Below are positions 9,307 through 19,376 of a stretch of DNA of 64,000 nucleotides, in pieces. The position numbers and the translations under genes were made by a program. The notes under the pieces were generated by a model, which was not told the origin of the DNA, made no database searches, and saw only the letters and a list, made by a program, of their open reading frames with translations. Origin of the DNA: Candidatus Calditenuis fumarioli. GTDB lineage: Archaea > Thermoproteota > Nitrososphaeria_A > Caldarchaeales > Calditenuaceae. Numbering within the stretch: position 1 is the stretch's first letter; every line of letters starts with the position of its first letter. The stretch lies in contig JANVYR010000001.1 in the NCBI GenBank assembly GCA_030059665.1, positions 192,001-256,000 on the forward strand, given 5' to 3'.

Positions 9307-10053
9307 TCAGGGCGAGACGTCCCGGAGGGCGATTATCTGCGTTGAGACCGAGACCATGAACTCGTCGAGGAACCTGAGGACGTTGTTCTGGTAAGCGTCG
9401 AACGACTGCGGGTACCTCTGGAGCCAGCTGACCACCTCCTCCGCGCTGGCCCCTTCCCCTGGCGCTGCCAAGAGCCACTTGATGTAATCTATCACGCCGT
9501 CGACGCTGTTTATCACCCTGTCGACCGATGGCGTCAGCGCCGGGTCGTACTCGGCCACCGATGACTTGACCCCCTCCCAGTAGGAGACGAGTTGCTGCCG
9601 GAACCGGGTGAGGTTCTCGAACCTTTGCAGCTGCAGGTCCCTCAGCAAAATGTTGAGGATCTTGTCCCTGCCCGCGATCTGGTTGTACACCGGCACCGCC
9701 CTCTCCAGCTTCTCGACGACGCCCTTCGCCTTCTCCACCTTCACCCTGAGCTCGTTGAGGGAGCCGCGGAGGTCCGAGTTCTCCCGGGTCAGCGAGTTGA
9801 CCGAGCGCTCGAGCTCCGAAATGCTGTTCCTGAGGGCCTCGTACCTCGACGACAGCTCGTCCCGTTCGGCCTTGAGGTCCGCGACCGTCTTCGTCAGCGA
9901 CGCGATCTCCTCCGAGAGCCTTCGGTTCTCCTCCACCAACCCCGGCAAGGGCCTGGAGCCCTCGTTCAGGCCTACGAGGTATCCGGCGATCAAGCCCGCG
10001 ATCAGCGCGAAGACCACGAGGGCCGCGGTGATCCTGGTCGACACCTCACCCAC
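9307..10053 (-). CDS. Membrane-anchored coiled-coil hypothetical protein
   Basis: N-terminal TM helix (ITAALVVFALIAGLIAGYLVG) followed by long heptad repeats; host-like codon usage. Confidence 0.7.
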   Translation of the reverse strand: MGEVSTRITAALVVFALIAGLIAGYLVGLNEGSRPLPGLVEENRRLSEEIASLTKTVADLKAERDELSSRYEALRNSISELERSVNSLTRENSDLRGSLNELRVKVEKAKGVVEKLERAVPVYNQIAGRDKILNILLRDLQLQRFENLTRFRQQLVSYWEGVKSSVAEYDPALTPSVDRVINSVDGVIDYIKWLLAAPGEGASAEEVVSWLQRYPQSFDAYQNNVLRFLDEFMVSVSTQIIALRDVSP

Positions 10054-10765
10054 CTCCCTGCTGGCTGGACTTCTCCTCAGCTGGCTTCGGAGCCCCTGCG
10101 CGCAGGCCCGAGAAGGAGGCGCCCACGACGACCGATGCGACGACGAGGCCCACCGCTATCGCGAGCATGCCGAGGAGGTTGAAGAGCGGGCCGCGATCCT
10201 CTGCGACCTGCTGGGCGACCGTCCTCACCACCACCGCCTCCCTCGTGACCGTGATGGCCGGCACCGCGACCGTGACGTACCTGTACTCCGTGACCGTGAC
10301 GGTGGCAGTCACGCTCGGCTCGTCGGCGACGCTCACCTCCAGCGTGTACGACCCGGACGATGCCCCGAACGGGTAAACCACGACGTAGTAGCTGCCCGCT
10401 CTTGACGCCTTCACGCTGACCCTCTCGTAGTATCCGGCCGGCTTGACGCCCGACTCGAGGAGATCCCTCTCGGGAGAGAGCACGGCGACGTCGAAATCCA
10501 CATCCGCTGCCATCCTAACCGTGACATAGAGCGTCTGGCCCTGCCGGAGCGTGACCTTGAAGAAGTGCAGGTCCCCCGGCTGGAGGTGGAAGCTGTAAAC
10601 CCCTGGCTGGAGCTCGGCCGCGGTGGCGAAGTTCGTCCCCGGCACCGGCCCCTCTCCGAAGACCGAGGTGGTTCCCAGGACCGAGGCGGCGACGAGGAGC
10701 GCGACGATCAAAACCCTGTTCCCGTCCAACCCGGTTCCCACCATTTCACCGAATAATAAAGCCAC
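10046..10765 (-). CDS. Surface protein with a PPC (pre-peptidase C-terminal) beta domain, Thr/Val-rich linker and C-terminal TM anchor
   Basis: Signal peptide; 'NFATAAEL.PG', 'DLHFFKV', 'DFDVAVLSP', 'GSYYVVV...SSGSYTLEV' PPC pattern; TATVTVTE linker; C-terminal TM helix. Confidence 0.7.
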   Translation of the reverse strand: MALLFGEMVGTGLDGNRVLIVALLVAASVLGTTSVFGEGPVPGTNFATAAELQPGVYSFHLQPGDLHFFKVTLRQGQTLYVTVRMAADVDFDVAVLSPERDLLESGVKPAGYYERVSVKASRAGSYYVVVYPFGASSGSYTLEVSVADEPSVTATVTVTEYRYVTVAVPAITVTREAVVVRTVAQQVAEDRGPLFNLLGMLAIAVGLVVASVVVGASFSGLRAGAPKPAEEKSSQQGGG

Positions 10766-10963
10766 GTGTTCGCGTGACGGGTTTCAGGGACCTCGAGAGC
10801 TCCTTGCCGACAACGCGGCGGAAAGCGCCCCTCTGCACAGGCGGCTCAGTCAAATGCCATCCGCTCACCGGTCGACGTAATCCTGACGCGTCATCGCCGC
10901 CACCCGTCGACCTGAAGACCAGAGACTTATGCCTTAAGCGGTCACCCGCGGAATGTTGAGCAT

Positions 10964-10980
10964 GGTTAATATTGTTCACC
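10964..10980. promoter_or_regulatory. Imperfect palindrome over the TATA-like box of the metal ABC operon; candidate metalloregulator operator
   Basis: GGTTAATATTGTTCACC is self-complementary at 12 of 17 positions and starts ~34 bp before ATG 10998. Confidence 0.35.
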
Positions 10981-10997
10981 ACGGTTAACTTTCTGGA

Positions 10998-11717
10998 ATG
11001 GCCGTCAAGGTCTTCGGGCTAACCGTGTTTTACAACGGTAACTCCAGGCCGGCGCTGGAGGACGTCACGGTCGAGTTCCGGAAGGGAGAGATGGTGCTGC
11101 TGATGGGGCCCAACGGAGCCGGCAAGTCGACGCTGATCAGGGCGATCCTCGGGCTGGTGAGACCAGCAGCTGGCAGGGTCGAGGTCCTCGGAACCGACCC
11201 GGCGAGGGACAGGTCCGTGAGGAGGAGGATCGCGTACGTCCCCCAGGCCAGGAGCCTGAACGTTCAGGCGCCGCTGAGGGTGAGGGACCTGGTCGAGATG
11301 GGAGCCCTCCTCTCGCCCAGAAGGCCAGACCACGACGGAGAGCTCGCCAGACGCATCGAGACCGCGCTGGAGTCGGTGGGGCTCCTGGACAAGATCAACG
11401 CCAGGATCGCGCACCTCTCCGGCGGTCAGCTGGCTAGGGCGCTGCTGGCGAGGGCCCTGGCTCAGGACCCCGAGATCTACCTCCTGGACGAGCCCTTCGA
11501 GTCGATCGACGCTGCGAGCGAGGCCGCAGTCCTGAGGGCGCTCAGGTCGGAGCGGGAAAGGGGAAAGCTGGTCCTGGTGACGGAGCACCACATCACAGAC
11601 TTCTCCGAGTTCGACAGGATCGTGTTTCTCAACCGGAGGGTGATCGCGTCGGGCAGACCCGATGAGGTCCTCTCGAACCGTTCCGTCACGGACCTCCTCC
11701 TCGCGGGTCACCGGTGA
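10998..11717 (+). CDS. Mn/Zn-type ABC transporter ATP-binding protein
   Basis: Walker A GPNGAGKS, 'RIAYVPQ', LSGGQ signature, LLDEP Walker B. Confidence 0.9.
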   Translation: MAVKVFGLTVFYNGNSRPALEDVTVEFRKGEMVLLMGPNGAGKSTLIRAILGLVRPAAGRVEVLGTDPARDRSVRRRIAYVPQARSLNVQAPLRVRDLVEMGALLSPRRPDHDGELARRIETALESVGLLDKINARIAHLSGGQLARALLARALAQDPEIYLLDEPFESIDAASEAAVLRALRSERERGKLVLVTEHHITDFSEFDRIVFLNRRVIASGRPDEVLSNRSVTDLLLAGHR

Positions 11718-11724
11718 ACGGCCC

Positions 11725-13425
11725 TTGAGGGGCCTCTCCGCACTCTCCCTGATCGCAGTGGTGGCATTCGTGCCGCTGCTTGTGCCCGTCGCGGATTCAG
11801 ATGTCGGTTCGAAGGGGTTGCCGACGGTGCTGGTGACGACGGAGGTGCTCGCTGACCTCGCGGCTAAGGTCGGCAGAGGCGTCGTCAGGGTCGAGAGCGT
11901 TCTCGGGAGGACCAGCCCCGAGACCTTCACCCTGACTCCCGGCACGGCCATGAAGGTGGCTGACGCAGACGCCTTCCTGTACGTGGGCTACGGCTCGGAG
12001 GACAAGGTAGGGAGGCTCGCAGCCGACGTGAGGAGAGGGGTCAGGACCTTCAGGCTCCTCGACGTGATCGAGGGTGTGAACCCGAACGAGGCCTTCTGGG
12101 CCTCGCCGAAGGGGGCCCTTAAGCTCGCGGAGGCGATCGGGCTCGTGCTCGTCCAGCTCTACCCCGAGAGGTCGGACGTCATCGCGCGGAACCTAGAAGC
12201 TCTGAGGAGGGAGCTCAGCGGGCTCGACGCCTGGATCAGATCTGAGCTCGAATCGACGCGACGCCCCCTCAGGGTGGCAACGATCAGACCCTCCCTCAAC
12301 GCATTCGCTAGGGAGTACGGCCTCGAGGTCGTGGCGCGGCTCGCGGACCATTTCGGCACCTACGAGCCCAACGCCGCCAGCACGCTCCACTTCTTCGAGC
12401 GGGTCTCCGGGACCGGCGCCGTCATCCTGATGGAGGCGGAGGAGGAGGGATCGACGCTCGCGGAGGTCGTGTCGGCGAACGCGAGGAGGATCGGGATCAG
12501 GCTTGCGGGGCCCATCTACTACGAGCGCCTCGACCCCGAAGGCGGAATCAGCAGCTACGAGGACATGGTCAGGTGGAACGTGCGGGTGATCGCGTCCGCT
12601 GCGGCCGAGCCGACAGAGCCCCGTACGGGCCTTCCTCTCATCGCAGCGGTCCTCCTGCCCGGTTTCGTCGCGCTCCTCGCGGTCTCGGTTAGCACCTCCC
12701 TCGTCGGCAGCTTCGCGGTGATGAGGGGATGGGCGATCTTCGGAGACGCCCTATCGCACGGGGCCATCGCCGGGCTCGTCGCGGCCTACCTGGTGGGGTT
12801 CGACTTCTACCTCGGAGCGCTCGCCGCAGGCCTCGTCGTGGCCCTCTCCGTCTCCTACCTCGAGCGGAGGACCGGCCTGAGAGGGGACCTCGTGATCGCG
12901 GTTACCTTCACCTCGATGCTGGCGCTGGCCGTGGTCATGCTCTCGAAGTCCGGAGGCGCGACGCTCAAACTCGAGGACGTCCTCTTCGCCGACGTCACTG
13001 CCTCGACCGAGGAGGGAGTGCTGGGGACGGCGGTCTTCTCTCTCGGTGTGGTGGCCTTTCTGCTGGCCTTCAGGAGGCCCCTCCTGGCGTACGTCACGGA
13101 CCCTTACTGGTCCGAGGCCGCTGGCATCAGGACGGCACTCGTCCACTACGCGCTGCTGACGCTCCTCTCGGTCACGGTGATCACCGCCTTCATGACCGTC
13201 GGGGCCATCCCAGCCGTCGCATCGATGATCATACCGCCTGCCACAGCGCTCCTCCTCTCGAGCTCACCGAGGAGCTACCTGATCGCCTCGGCGCTGATAC
13301 CCGCGCTCTCTGCGGCAGCGGGCGTTGCGGCATCGGTCCTTTTCGACACCAACGTGGGATCGACCGTCGTTCTCGTTTACGCCGTGACCTTCGTCGCGGT
13401 GGCGCTCACCCGTCGCCGGCCATGA
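11725..13425 (+). CDS. Fused cluster A-I (ZnuA/TroA-like) substrate-binding protein and ZnuB/MntB-type permease
   Basis: The N-terminal ~300 aa follow the TroA fold pattern; the C-terminal part has 'IFGDALSHGAIAG' and multiple TM helices. No stop between them. Start placed at TTG 11725. Confidence 0.8.
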   Translation: MRGLSALSLIAVVAFVPLLVPVADSDVGSKGLPTVLVTTEVLADLAAKVGRGVVRVESVLGRTSPETFTLTPGTAMKVADADAFLYVGYGSEDKVGRLAADVRRGVRTFRLLDVIEGVNPNEAFWASPKGALKLAEAIGLVLVQLYPERSDVIARNLEALRRELSGLDAWIRSELESTRRPLRVATIRPSLNAFAREYGLEVVARLADHFGTYEPNAASTLHFFERVSGTGAVILMEAEEEGSTLAEVVSANARRIGIRLAGPIYYERLDPEGGISSYEDMVRWNVRVIASAAAEPTEPRTGLPLIAAVLLPGFVALLAVSVSTSLVGSFAVMRGWAIFGDALSHGAIAGLVAAYLVGFDFYLGALAAGLVVALSVSYLERRTGLRGDLVIAVTFTSMLALAVVMLSKSGGATLKLEDVLFADVTASTEEGVLGTAVFSLGVVAFLLAFRRPLLAYVTDPYWSEAAGIRTALVHYALLTLLSVTVITAFMTVGAIPAVASMIIPPATALLLSSSPRSYLIASALIPALSAAAGVAASVLFDTNVGSTVVLVYAVTFVAVALTRRRP

Positions 13426-13431
13426 GGATCA

Positions 13432-14118
13432 TCAGGGCCTGACCACGGTCCCCGCCTCTCCGTAAAGGATGGCCCTCCTGATGGATTCGGGAGACCTCCC
13501 GTCGACGATCAGGAGCCTTATCCCGGACCGCTTCAGCACGCTCAGCCCCACCGAGTCGATCATCCTGTACTCCCCAGCCGCATGAGATGTCCTCGCGAGG
13601 AGCGCCATCACCTCGTCGTACGTGGTCTCATCGATCAGCCTCGCGTCGGGATGGACCCTTGGATCCCTGTCGTAAAGCCCCTTCACGTTGGTCGCCATGA
13701 TCAGCCTGTCGGAACCTGTGGCCTCAGCGCAGAGGGCAGAGACCGCGAAGGTCGACTGACCGGGCCAGAAGCCGCCCGTCACGGCGATCGGTCTCACCGC
13801 GAGCGCCCTCCTCAGCTCGCCCACGTCCCTGACCACCTCGGGATACGCGAGCTCCCCAAGGGCCAAAAGCATCAGCGTGGCGTGGATCCTCGTCACCGAG
13901 ATGGCTATCTCGTCGCACCTAGCCTCGTCTGCGCCGAGCTTTCTCGCCGCGTCGATGTAGGCCCTCGCTGGCTCCCCTCCACCCACCACCACCGCCCAGC
14001 GGTCCCTGCCGTCGTGGCACTCCCTTATCACGTCGGCGATCGCCCTCAGGAGGGCAACATCGACCTCGTTCCGTGCGAAGAGATGGCCTCCGATCTTGAC
14101 CGTGAGCGGCACGACCAC
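13432..14118 (-). CDS. pyrH: Uridylate kinase (archaeal type)
   Basis: VKIGG, VVVGGG..AR.YI, GGFWPGQST, ATNVKGLYDRDP motifs. Confidence 0.9.
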   Translation of the reverse strand: MVVPLTVKIGGHLFARNEVDVALLRAIADVIRECHDGRDRWAVVVGGGEPARAYIDAARKLGADEARCDEIAISVTRIHATLMLLALGELAYPEVVRDVGELRRALAVRPIAVTGGFWPGQSTFAVSALCAEATGSDRLIMATNVKGLYDRDPRVHPDARLIDETTYDEVMALLARTSHAAGEYRMIDSVGLSVLKRSGIRLLIVDGRSPESIRRAILYGEAGTVVRP

Positions 14119-14151
14119 CCACGCCTCTCCCTCGCTAAAAACGAGCGCCCC

Positions 14152-15240
14152 TCAGTCTCCCGGTCCGAGGCCGAGGTCCGATGCGGTAACCCTGTCTATC
14201 CCGAGGACGCCGCCTAAGCCCATCACCCTCTCGTGGTCCTCCCCTCCGGTCAGGAGCACCCTGATCCCGACGGAGCCCGACTCGGCCGCCCTCAGAACCA
14301 GGTCGAGGTCCGGGTCGTCGATCCTCTGCCAGAGGAAGTCCTCCGCTATCAGGACGTATCCCAGCCTGCCCTCCTCCAGCATGCGGAGCACGTCGTTCAG
14401 CCCGAACCCGAAGCCCTCCGGTGACCTCGTAAGGCGCTCCAGGACCCTCTCCACCAGCAGGGCGTCGCTCAGGGGCCTCAGGTCCTTCCCCAGCCCTCCC
14501 CTCCGGATCACCTCCGTCACTCCTTCGAGCCCTCCCGCCGACGCTGGAACCGTCCTCCGCCTCACCTCTACCCTCCCCGAGAGAGCCCTCCTCACCTCGC
14601 TCCCGACCGCGTCGAGAAGGGCCGATGGCGCCACGACGACCAGCTCGTCGACCCTGTACCGCTCCACCGCCTCGCCGACGTCCTCCAGAGCCTCCCTCAG
14701 CGCCTCCACCGGCGACGCCGCCTCCCTGTATGGCCCGAACTTGACGCCTGACGATGACTCGACGTAGCGGAGCAGCCTCGTGCCCTCGTCGGAGATCAGA
14801 ACCAGGGCGGCCCTCTCGTCGTCCGCGGACAACACGAGCATCCTCTTGACCGGGGTTGACCTCGAACGGCGAGCTATGGCCTCGAACCTCGCGAAGCCCT
14901 CCCTCGACACGATCTCCACCTCCCTGCCGCGCTCTATGTGGACCGTGTGGTGCTTCTTCAGGAGGTCCTCGTAGCCCTCCGCGCTGACGATCCTGCCGAG
15001 GAACGAGATCCTCTTTGTCGCGGGGTCCGCGGACTTCTTCTCCACCTCTATCCCTATCCGGATTGAGACCCTCTTGCTGTCCACCTCGCCCGTGGCCCTC
15101 TCCCTCTTCAGCTCCCGCGTCGTCTCCGAGAAGACCAGGTCGCCTGGGCTGACGGAGCGGTAGATGTTGACGAGGTCCACACCAGACTCGGGGATCAACC
15201 TCACGCTCCTCTTGACCGCGTCGATTCCCAGCACCCTCAA
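14152..15240 (-). CDS. Pelota/Dom34 ribosome-rescue factor
   Basis: 'LIPESGVDLVNIYRSVSPGDLVFSETTR', 'RISFLGRIV', 'HHTVHIERG' eRF1-1 domain and a C-terminal 'LGGVLGI'. Confidence 0.8.
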   Translation of the reverse strand: MRVLGIDAVKRSVRLIPESGVDLVNIYRSVSPGDLVFSETTRELKRERATGEVDSKRVSIRIGIEVEKKSADPATKRISFLGRIVSAEGYEDLLKKHHTVHIERGREVEIVSREGFARFEAIARRSRSTPVKRMLVLSADDERAALVLISDEGTRLLRYVESSSGVKFGPYREAASPVEALREALEDVGEAVERYRVDELVVVAPSALLDAVGSEVRRALSGRVEVRRRTVPASAGGLEGVTEVIRRGGLGKDLRPLSDALLVERVLERLTRSPEGFGFGLNDVLRMLEEGRLGYVLIAEDFLWQRIDDPDLDLVLRAAESGSVGIRVLLTGGEDHERVMGLGGVLGIDRVTASDLGLGPGD

Positions 15241-15265
15241 CCCGCACGTACCCCCTTCGGCCGCA

Positions 15266-15961
15266 TCAGACCATTCGCCTCCTCAGGTGAGGGTTCGTCT
15301 CGATAAGCCGCTTGAGGACGCCGGAGAACGTCTCCTCCCCGGAGAGCTCCAACTCGCGGTAAAGGCCCGTTCGACCGTGATCCCGCCTCCTCCTCAGCAC
15401 CCTAACCCTCTCCCTCAGCGCTCTGGGGTTGACCCCGATCAGCTTCGCGGCCTTCTCCACGTCCAGCTCCACCGGGTACTCCAGGTGACCGTCCTCGACG
15501 GGGATGATCGCCATCAGGGACTTGTTCATTCCGGGAACCCTGATCCCCCTCCTGATGCCGTCCAGATCTATCTTCCCTGCGACGTTGTAGAACTCGTGCT
15601 CCGAAGGAAGCATCTCCACCAGCGGGAAGGAGATCGAAGTCAGCTCGTCCAGGTAGATGTAGCCCTTGACCGCGTAGGTTGGCGTAGCCTGGACCACGAC
15701 CCTCCTCGCCCAGCCGCCGAGGGCCTCCTCTATTCGGGCCTGCAGGAGCTCCGGGTTCACGGTGTGGGGTATGAAGGCGTCCACGTCGCTATCCTCGTCG
15801 ACGTCACCCCTCGCGACGCTGCCGTAGACGAACGCATCGGTTATGCCGACCTGGTGCAGGACCGAGAGTATACGCTCTGCAACCCCACGCTTCTCGCGAA
15901 GTATCCTCCACCTCCTCTCGTCGTAGACCACCTTCCGGTACGCGGTACCCTCCTCCGCCAC
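15266..15961 (-). CDS. Predicted nucleotidyltransferase (COG2413-like)
   Basis: VYGSVARGDVDEDSDVD motif, 'QATP..AVKGYI', 'RVPGMNKSL', 'GRTGLY'. Start placed at GTG 15961. Confidence 0.75.
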   Translation of the reverse strand: MAEEGTAYRKVVYDERRWRILREKRGVAERILSVLHQVGITDAFVYGSVARGDVDEDSDVDAFIPHTVNPELLQARIEEALGGWARRVVVQATPTYAVKGYIYLDELTSISFPLVEMLPSEHEFYNVAGKIDLDGIRRGIRVPGMNKSLMAIIPVEDGHLEYPVELDVEKAAKLIGVNPRALRERVRVLRRRRDHGRTGLYRELELSGEETFSGVLKRLIETNPHLRRRMV

Positions 15962-16051
15962 CGCACGGAGACAGCACCACCCGGAATTAAACCACCGGCG
16001 ACAGCGATGGGACCCGGTAGCCTTATCCGTCCGGAAAGAGGTGAAGGGAGG

Positions 16052-17437
16052 ATGCACGAGCTGGTGGAGAGGATCTGGAAGAGGATCAAGGAGAACGAGT
16101 CGAAGTACGTCAACGACCTGAAGAGGCTGCTCGAGCAGAAAGGCGTCTCGGCCACCGGAGAGGGGATCGAGGAGTGCGCCTCCACCGTCCGGGAGATGAT
16201 GGAGGAGGTGGGCCTGAGGGCAGAGCTGATCAGGACGCGCGGAAACCCGGTAGTTTTCGGGGAGTTCAGGGAAGAGCGCCACGGCACCCTGATGTTCTAC
16301 AACCACTACGACGTCCAGCCCCCGGATCCCGTCTCCGAGTGGACCACGCCACCCTTCGAGCCCTCGGTGAGGAACGGCCGCGTATTCGCGAGGGGTGCGG
16401 CCGACAACAAGGGGAACCTCGTAGCCCGTCTGAAGGCGATCGAGGTGGTTAACGAGGTGGCGGGGGAGCTTCCGGTGAACCTCAAGATGGTCGCGGAGGG
16501 CGAGGAGGAGATCGGGAGTCCACACCTGCCCGAGTTCGTAGGGATGAACCGGCACCTGCTCGAGGCCGACGCCTGCCTCTGGGAGATGTCCTACATCGAC
16601 GACCGCGACAGGCCCGTGATCGCCCTCGGAGCCAAGGGGATAGTTTACCTCGAGCTGCGCGCCAGGCGGCCCGGTCCGGACCTCCACTCCTCGTGGGGAG
16701 CTGTGGCGGTGAACCCAGCCTGGAGGTTGATAGGCGCGCTCAGCGTCATCGCCGACGACAGGGGTAACCCGAGGATCGGAGAACTTCTCGAAGACGTTCA
16801 GATGGACGATCGGTTGCTGGCGCTGGTCGAGCGGGCCGACGTGGACCCCGAGGAGATAGCTCAGGGAGCTGGCGAGCTGATCCCTGAGGTCAGGGGGAAC
16901 GTGAAGGAGGCGGTGAAGCGGCTGACCATGATGCCGGTCGTGAACGTCTGCGGCCTCCTCTCCGGTTACACTGGTGAGGGTTCCAAGACGGTGCTGCCGT
17001 CGAGGGCGATCGCCAAGGTCGACGTCCGTCTGGTCCCGAGGATGAGGCCGGAGAAGGTGGTCGAGGCAGTCAAGAGGGCACTCGCTAAGGCCGGTTACGG
17101 CGACATAGAGGTCGTCCAGCTCGGAGGCTCTTACCCCGCTGCGGTGACCGATCCCGACTCTCCCTTCGTTGAGGCGGTTACCGGTACGGCGCGCGTCGCC
17201 TTCGGTAACGAACCGGTGGTGCTGCCCTCAATGCAGGGCTCCGGGCCGCTCTACCTCTTCGCGGAGGTCCTTGAGCAGCCGACGGTCCTGGCCGGCGTGA
17301 GCAGGCGCGACTCCAGGTACCACGCACCCGACGAGAACCTCAGGATCGACGACTACCTCCGCGGGATATTCCACGTCGCTCTCATGATCGTCAACTTCGT
17401 CCCGATGATGAGGTGGGGTGTGATGCCGTACCGGTGA
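16052..17437 (+). CDS. M20/M25/M40 family metallopeptidase (ArgE/DapE-like, dipeptidase type)
   Basis: YNHYDVQP, ARGAADNKG, EGEEEIGSP and YHAPDEN metal-binding motifs; ATG 16052. Confidence 0.9.
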   Translation: MHELVERIWKRIKENESKYVNDLKRLLEQKGVSATGEGIEECASTVREMMEEVGLRAELIRTRGNPVVFGEFREERHGTLMFYNHYDVQPPDPVSEWTTPPFEPSVRNGRVFARGAADNKGNLVARLKAIEVVNEVAGELPVNLKMVAEGEEEIGSPHLPEFVGMNRHLLEADACLWEMSYIDDRDRPVIALGAKGIVYLELRARRPGPDLHSSWGAVAVNPAWRLIGALSVIADDRGNPRIGELLEDVQMDDRLLALVERADVDPEEIAQGAGELIPEVRGNVKEAVKRLTMMPVVNVCGLLSGYTGEGSKTVLPSRAIAKVDVRLVPRMRPEKVVEAVKRALAKAGYGDIEVVQLGGSYPAAVTDPDSPFVEAVTGTARVAFGNEPVVLPSMQGSGPLYLFAEVLEQPTVLAGVSRRDSRYHAPDENLRIDDYLRGIFHVALMIVNFVPMMRWGVMPYR

Positions 17438-18542
17438 TTGCGGGACTGGACTCCCTCGACTTCGCGTTTCTGTAAAGGAGATAGAGCATCCCGGCGAGCG
17501 CCGCAGCGCGAACCAGCGCCATAGTCTGCGGCAGCGTCCACGGGTGGGTCGGCCGATCGGTGGTGAACCAGGTAAGGAGGATGTAGACGTTGCTGATTTC
17601 GAAGGCCGGCCACAGCACAAGCAGCGGTGGGAGGGCTGCAACGAAGGGAACCATCCAGATGACCATCTGGGGCGTGAAGACGTAGCTCGTGAGGAGCCAG
17701 GACCCGATCGCCATCGCACTCTTCTCTAGGAGGCCCGACCTCAGCGAGTAGGACCTGAGCAGGAGGGGAACGAAGAGCGCCAGCCCGAAGAGCTTCGCCG
17801 TCGGAGAGAAGGGGTCGCCGAAGATCCAGACGTACCAGGCGTTCTCCAGTCCCCAGCCCGAGTGGTACCGGACGAACTCCGTCACCCATCCCGGGTTCAG
17901 CAGCAAAACGGGCAACGAGGGGACCAGTGCGCCCGCAACGAAAGCGACGAAGACCCGCTTCCGCTCGCCCCTCGCCTCCATCAGGTAGAGGGGAAGTATC
18001 AGAACCGACATCAGCTTCGTGGCCGCGGCAACCCCCAGAACCGCGCTCCCGAGGGCGTGCCTGCCACGCGTGAAGAGGAGGAGGGAGAGGGCCAGTAGCG
18101 CCGCGAAGAAGTGGTCGAAGTTGTAGATCCCGTACATCACGAGGCTCGGCGAGAGCAGTGCGATCAACGGAAGGTAGGGCTGGTTCAGGTTCAGTCCGGA
18201 CGTCGAGTACGCGAGGACGGCGTATGCAGGCAAGCTGATCAGCCCGAATGCGAAATAGTACGGCAGCAGCTCCGGCCCTCCGGCGAGCCGCGCGAGGTAG
18301 ACCAGGTAGCAGGCGACCGGCGGGTACTCGAGGAAGTAGCCGATGCAGGGCACCTCGCCGTTCCTGAGGTGCTCCTCCCTGTACCAGAAGCTCGCGACGT
18401 CGGAGTACACGGTCCACGGCTGCCCGGGCACGTGAAGGAAGAGGCTAAGGGCCCACGATGCGGCGGCTATGTACGGCACCGCGAATGCAACCGCTTCGAG
18501 CACTGGCCCTCTAAGCCGTCTTGCGTCCATCCGGTCCAGCAT
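17391..18542 (-). CDS. GT-C fold membrane glycosyltransferase (GT87/DUF2029-like)
   Basis: 'YSDV' loop, 'FLEYPP', 'NFDHF', 'GVAAATKL' and multiple TM helices. Confidence 0.7.
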   Translation of the reverse strand: MLDRMDARRLRGPVLEAVAFAVPYIAAASWALSLFLHVPGQPWTVYSDVASFWYREEHLRNGEVPCIGYFLEYPPVACYLVYLARLAGGPELLPYYFAFGLISLPAYAVLAYSTSGLNLNQPYLPLIALLSPSLVMYGIYNFDHFFAALLALSLLLFTRGRHALGSAVLGVAAATKLMSVLILPLYLMEARGERKRVFVAFVAGALVPSLPVLLLNPGWVTEFVRYHSGWGLENAWYVWIFGDPFSPTAKLFGLALFVPLLLRSYSLRSGLLEKSAMAIGSWLLTSYVFTPQMVIWMVPFVAALPPLLVLWPAFEISNVYILLTWFTTDRPTHPWTLPQTMALVRAAALAGMLYLLYRNAKSRESSPAITGTASHPTSSSGRS

Positions 18543-18759
18543 CCCTCCCCCGTCCGATATATCCCTCTGAACTCGGCTTTGCGCGTGGAGGTCGATCGCA
18601 ACGGAGTTCAGGGCGACGTCGCTCGGCGCGCCGATCCCGATGTAGACCGCGGTGACCGCTCTCCCCGAGGTGCCATTATATCAACGGGACGTTCCGACCT
18701 GGTTGAATCCTAATATTCGGTCGTTGTCGGATAACCTGCACGGCGATGAGGTGAGATCG

Positions 18760-19143
18760 ATGCCCGCACAGGCGTTCTACGTCAAGTTCCAGACGCCCAA
18801 GGACGTGGCGAACGCCACACTGGAGGTCATCAAGCTCGTGAGGAACTCGGGTCGATTGAAGAAGGGGATCAACGAGGTGACACGTGCGGTGGAGAGGGGC
18901 CAGGCGAAGTTCGTCGTGATCGCGGAGGACGTTGACCCACCGGAGATAGTCGCCTTCCTCCCGATACTCTGCGACGAGAAGAGGGTGCCTTACGTCTACG
19001 TTCCGAGCAAGAAGGACCTCGGCGCCGCTGCGGGACTCGAGGTCTCTGCGAGCGCTGTCGCGGTGATCGACCCCGGAGAGGCCAAGGCTTACCTCGAGGA
19101 GCTGGTGAAGAAGGTCAACGAGATAAGGGGTAAGGCGACATGA
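18760..19143 (+). CDS. rpl7ae: 50S ribosomal protein L7Ae
   Basis: [31 protein letters not shown] motif. Confidence 0.95.
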   Translation: MPAQAFYVKFQTPKDVANATLEVIKLVRNSGRLKKGINEVTRAVERGQAKFVVIAEDVDPPEIVAFLPILCDEKRVPYVYVPSKKDLGAAAGLEVSASAVAVIDPGEAKAYLEELVKKVNEIRGKAT

Positions 19144-19370
19144 GCACGAAGGAGAAGGCCCCGCCCAAGGTGGAGGAACCGGTCCCAGCGGTGGTCGAGC
19201 ACATAGTGGGCCGGACCGGCGTATACGGCGACATCACCCAGGTCCGCGTCAGGATACTTGAGGGCAAGGACGCCGGAAGGGTTCTGACGCGCAACGTGAG
19301 GGGACCTGTGAGGGTTGGCGACGTGCTGATGCTCCTGGACGCCGAGCGCGAGGCGGAGAAGATCAAGTGA
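19140..19370 (+). CDS. rps28e: 30S ribosomal protein S28e
   Basis: [17 protein letters not shown]...[13 protein letters not shown] motif. Confidence 0.95.
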   Translation: MSTKEKAPPKVEEPVPAVVEHIVGRTGVYGDITQVRVRILEGKDAGRVLTRNVRGPVRVGDVLMLLDAEREAEKIK

Positions 19371-19376
19371 TCGGAG

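Noticed and set aside
10860-10915. Hairpin GGTCGACG...CGTCGACC in the 10766-10997 intergenic region
   Set aside because: Built from self-palindromic GTCGAC sites common in this GC-rich genome; no further support.
15164-16051. Apparent 296-aa N-terminal extension of the M20 peptidase
   Set aside because: It is the antisense of the nucleotidyltransferase and pelota genes; ATG 16052 has a purine-rich RBS.
18690-18770. Autoregulatory K-turn in the rpl7ae leader
   Set aside because: Could not build a proper C-stem with tandem G-A pairs by eye; TGAGGTGA is explained as the Shine-Dalgarno sequence.
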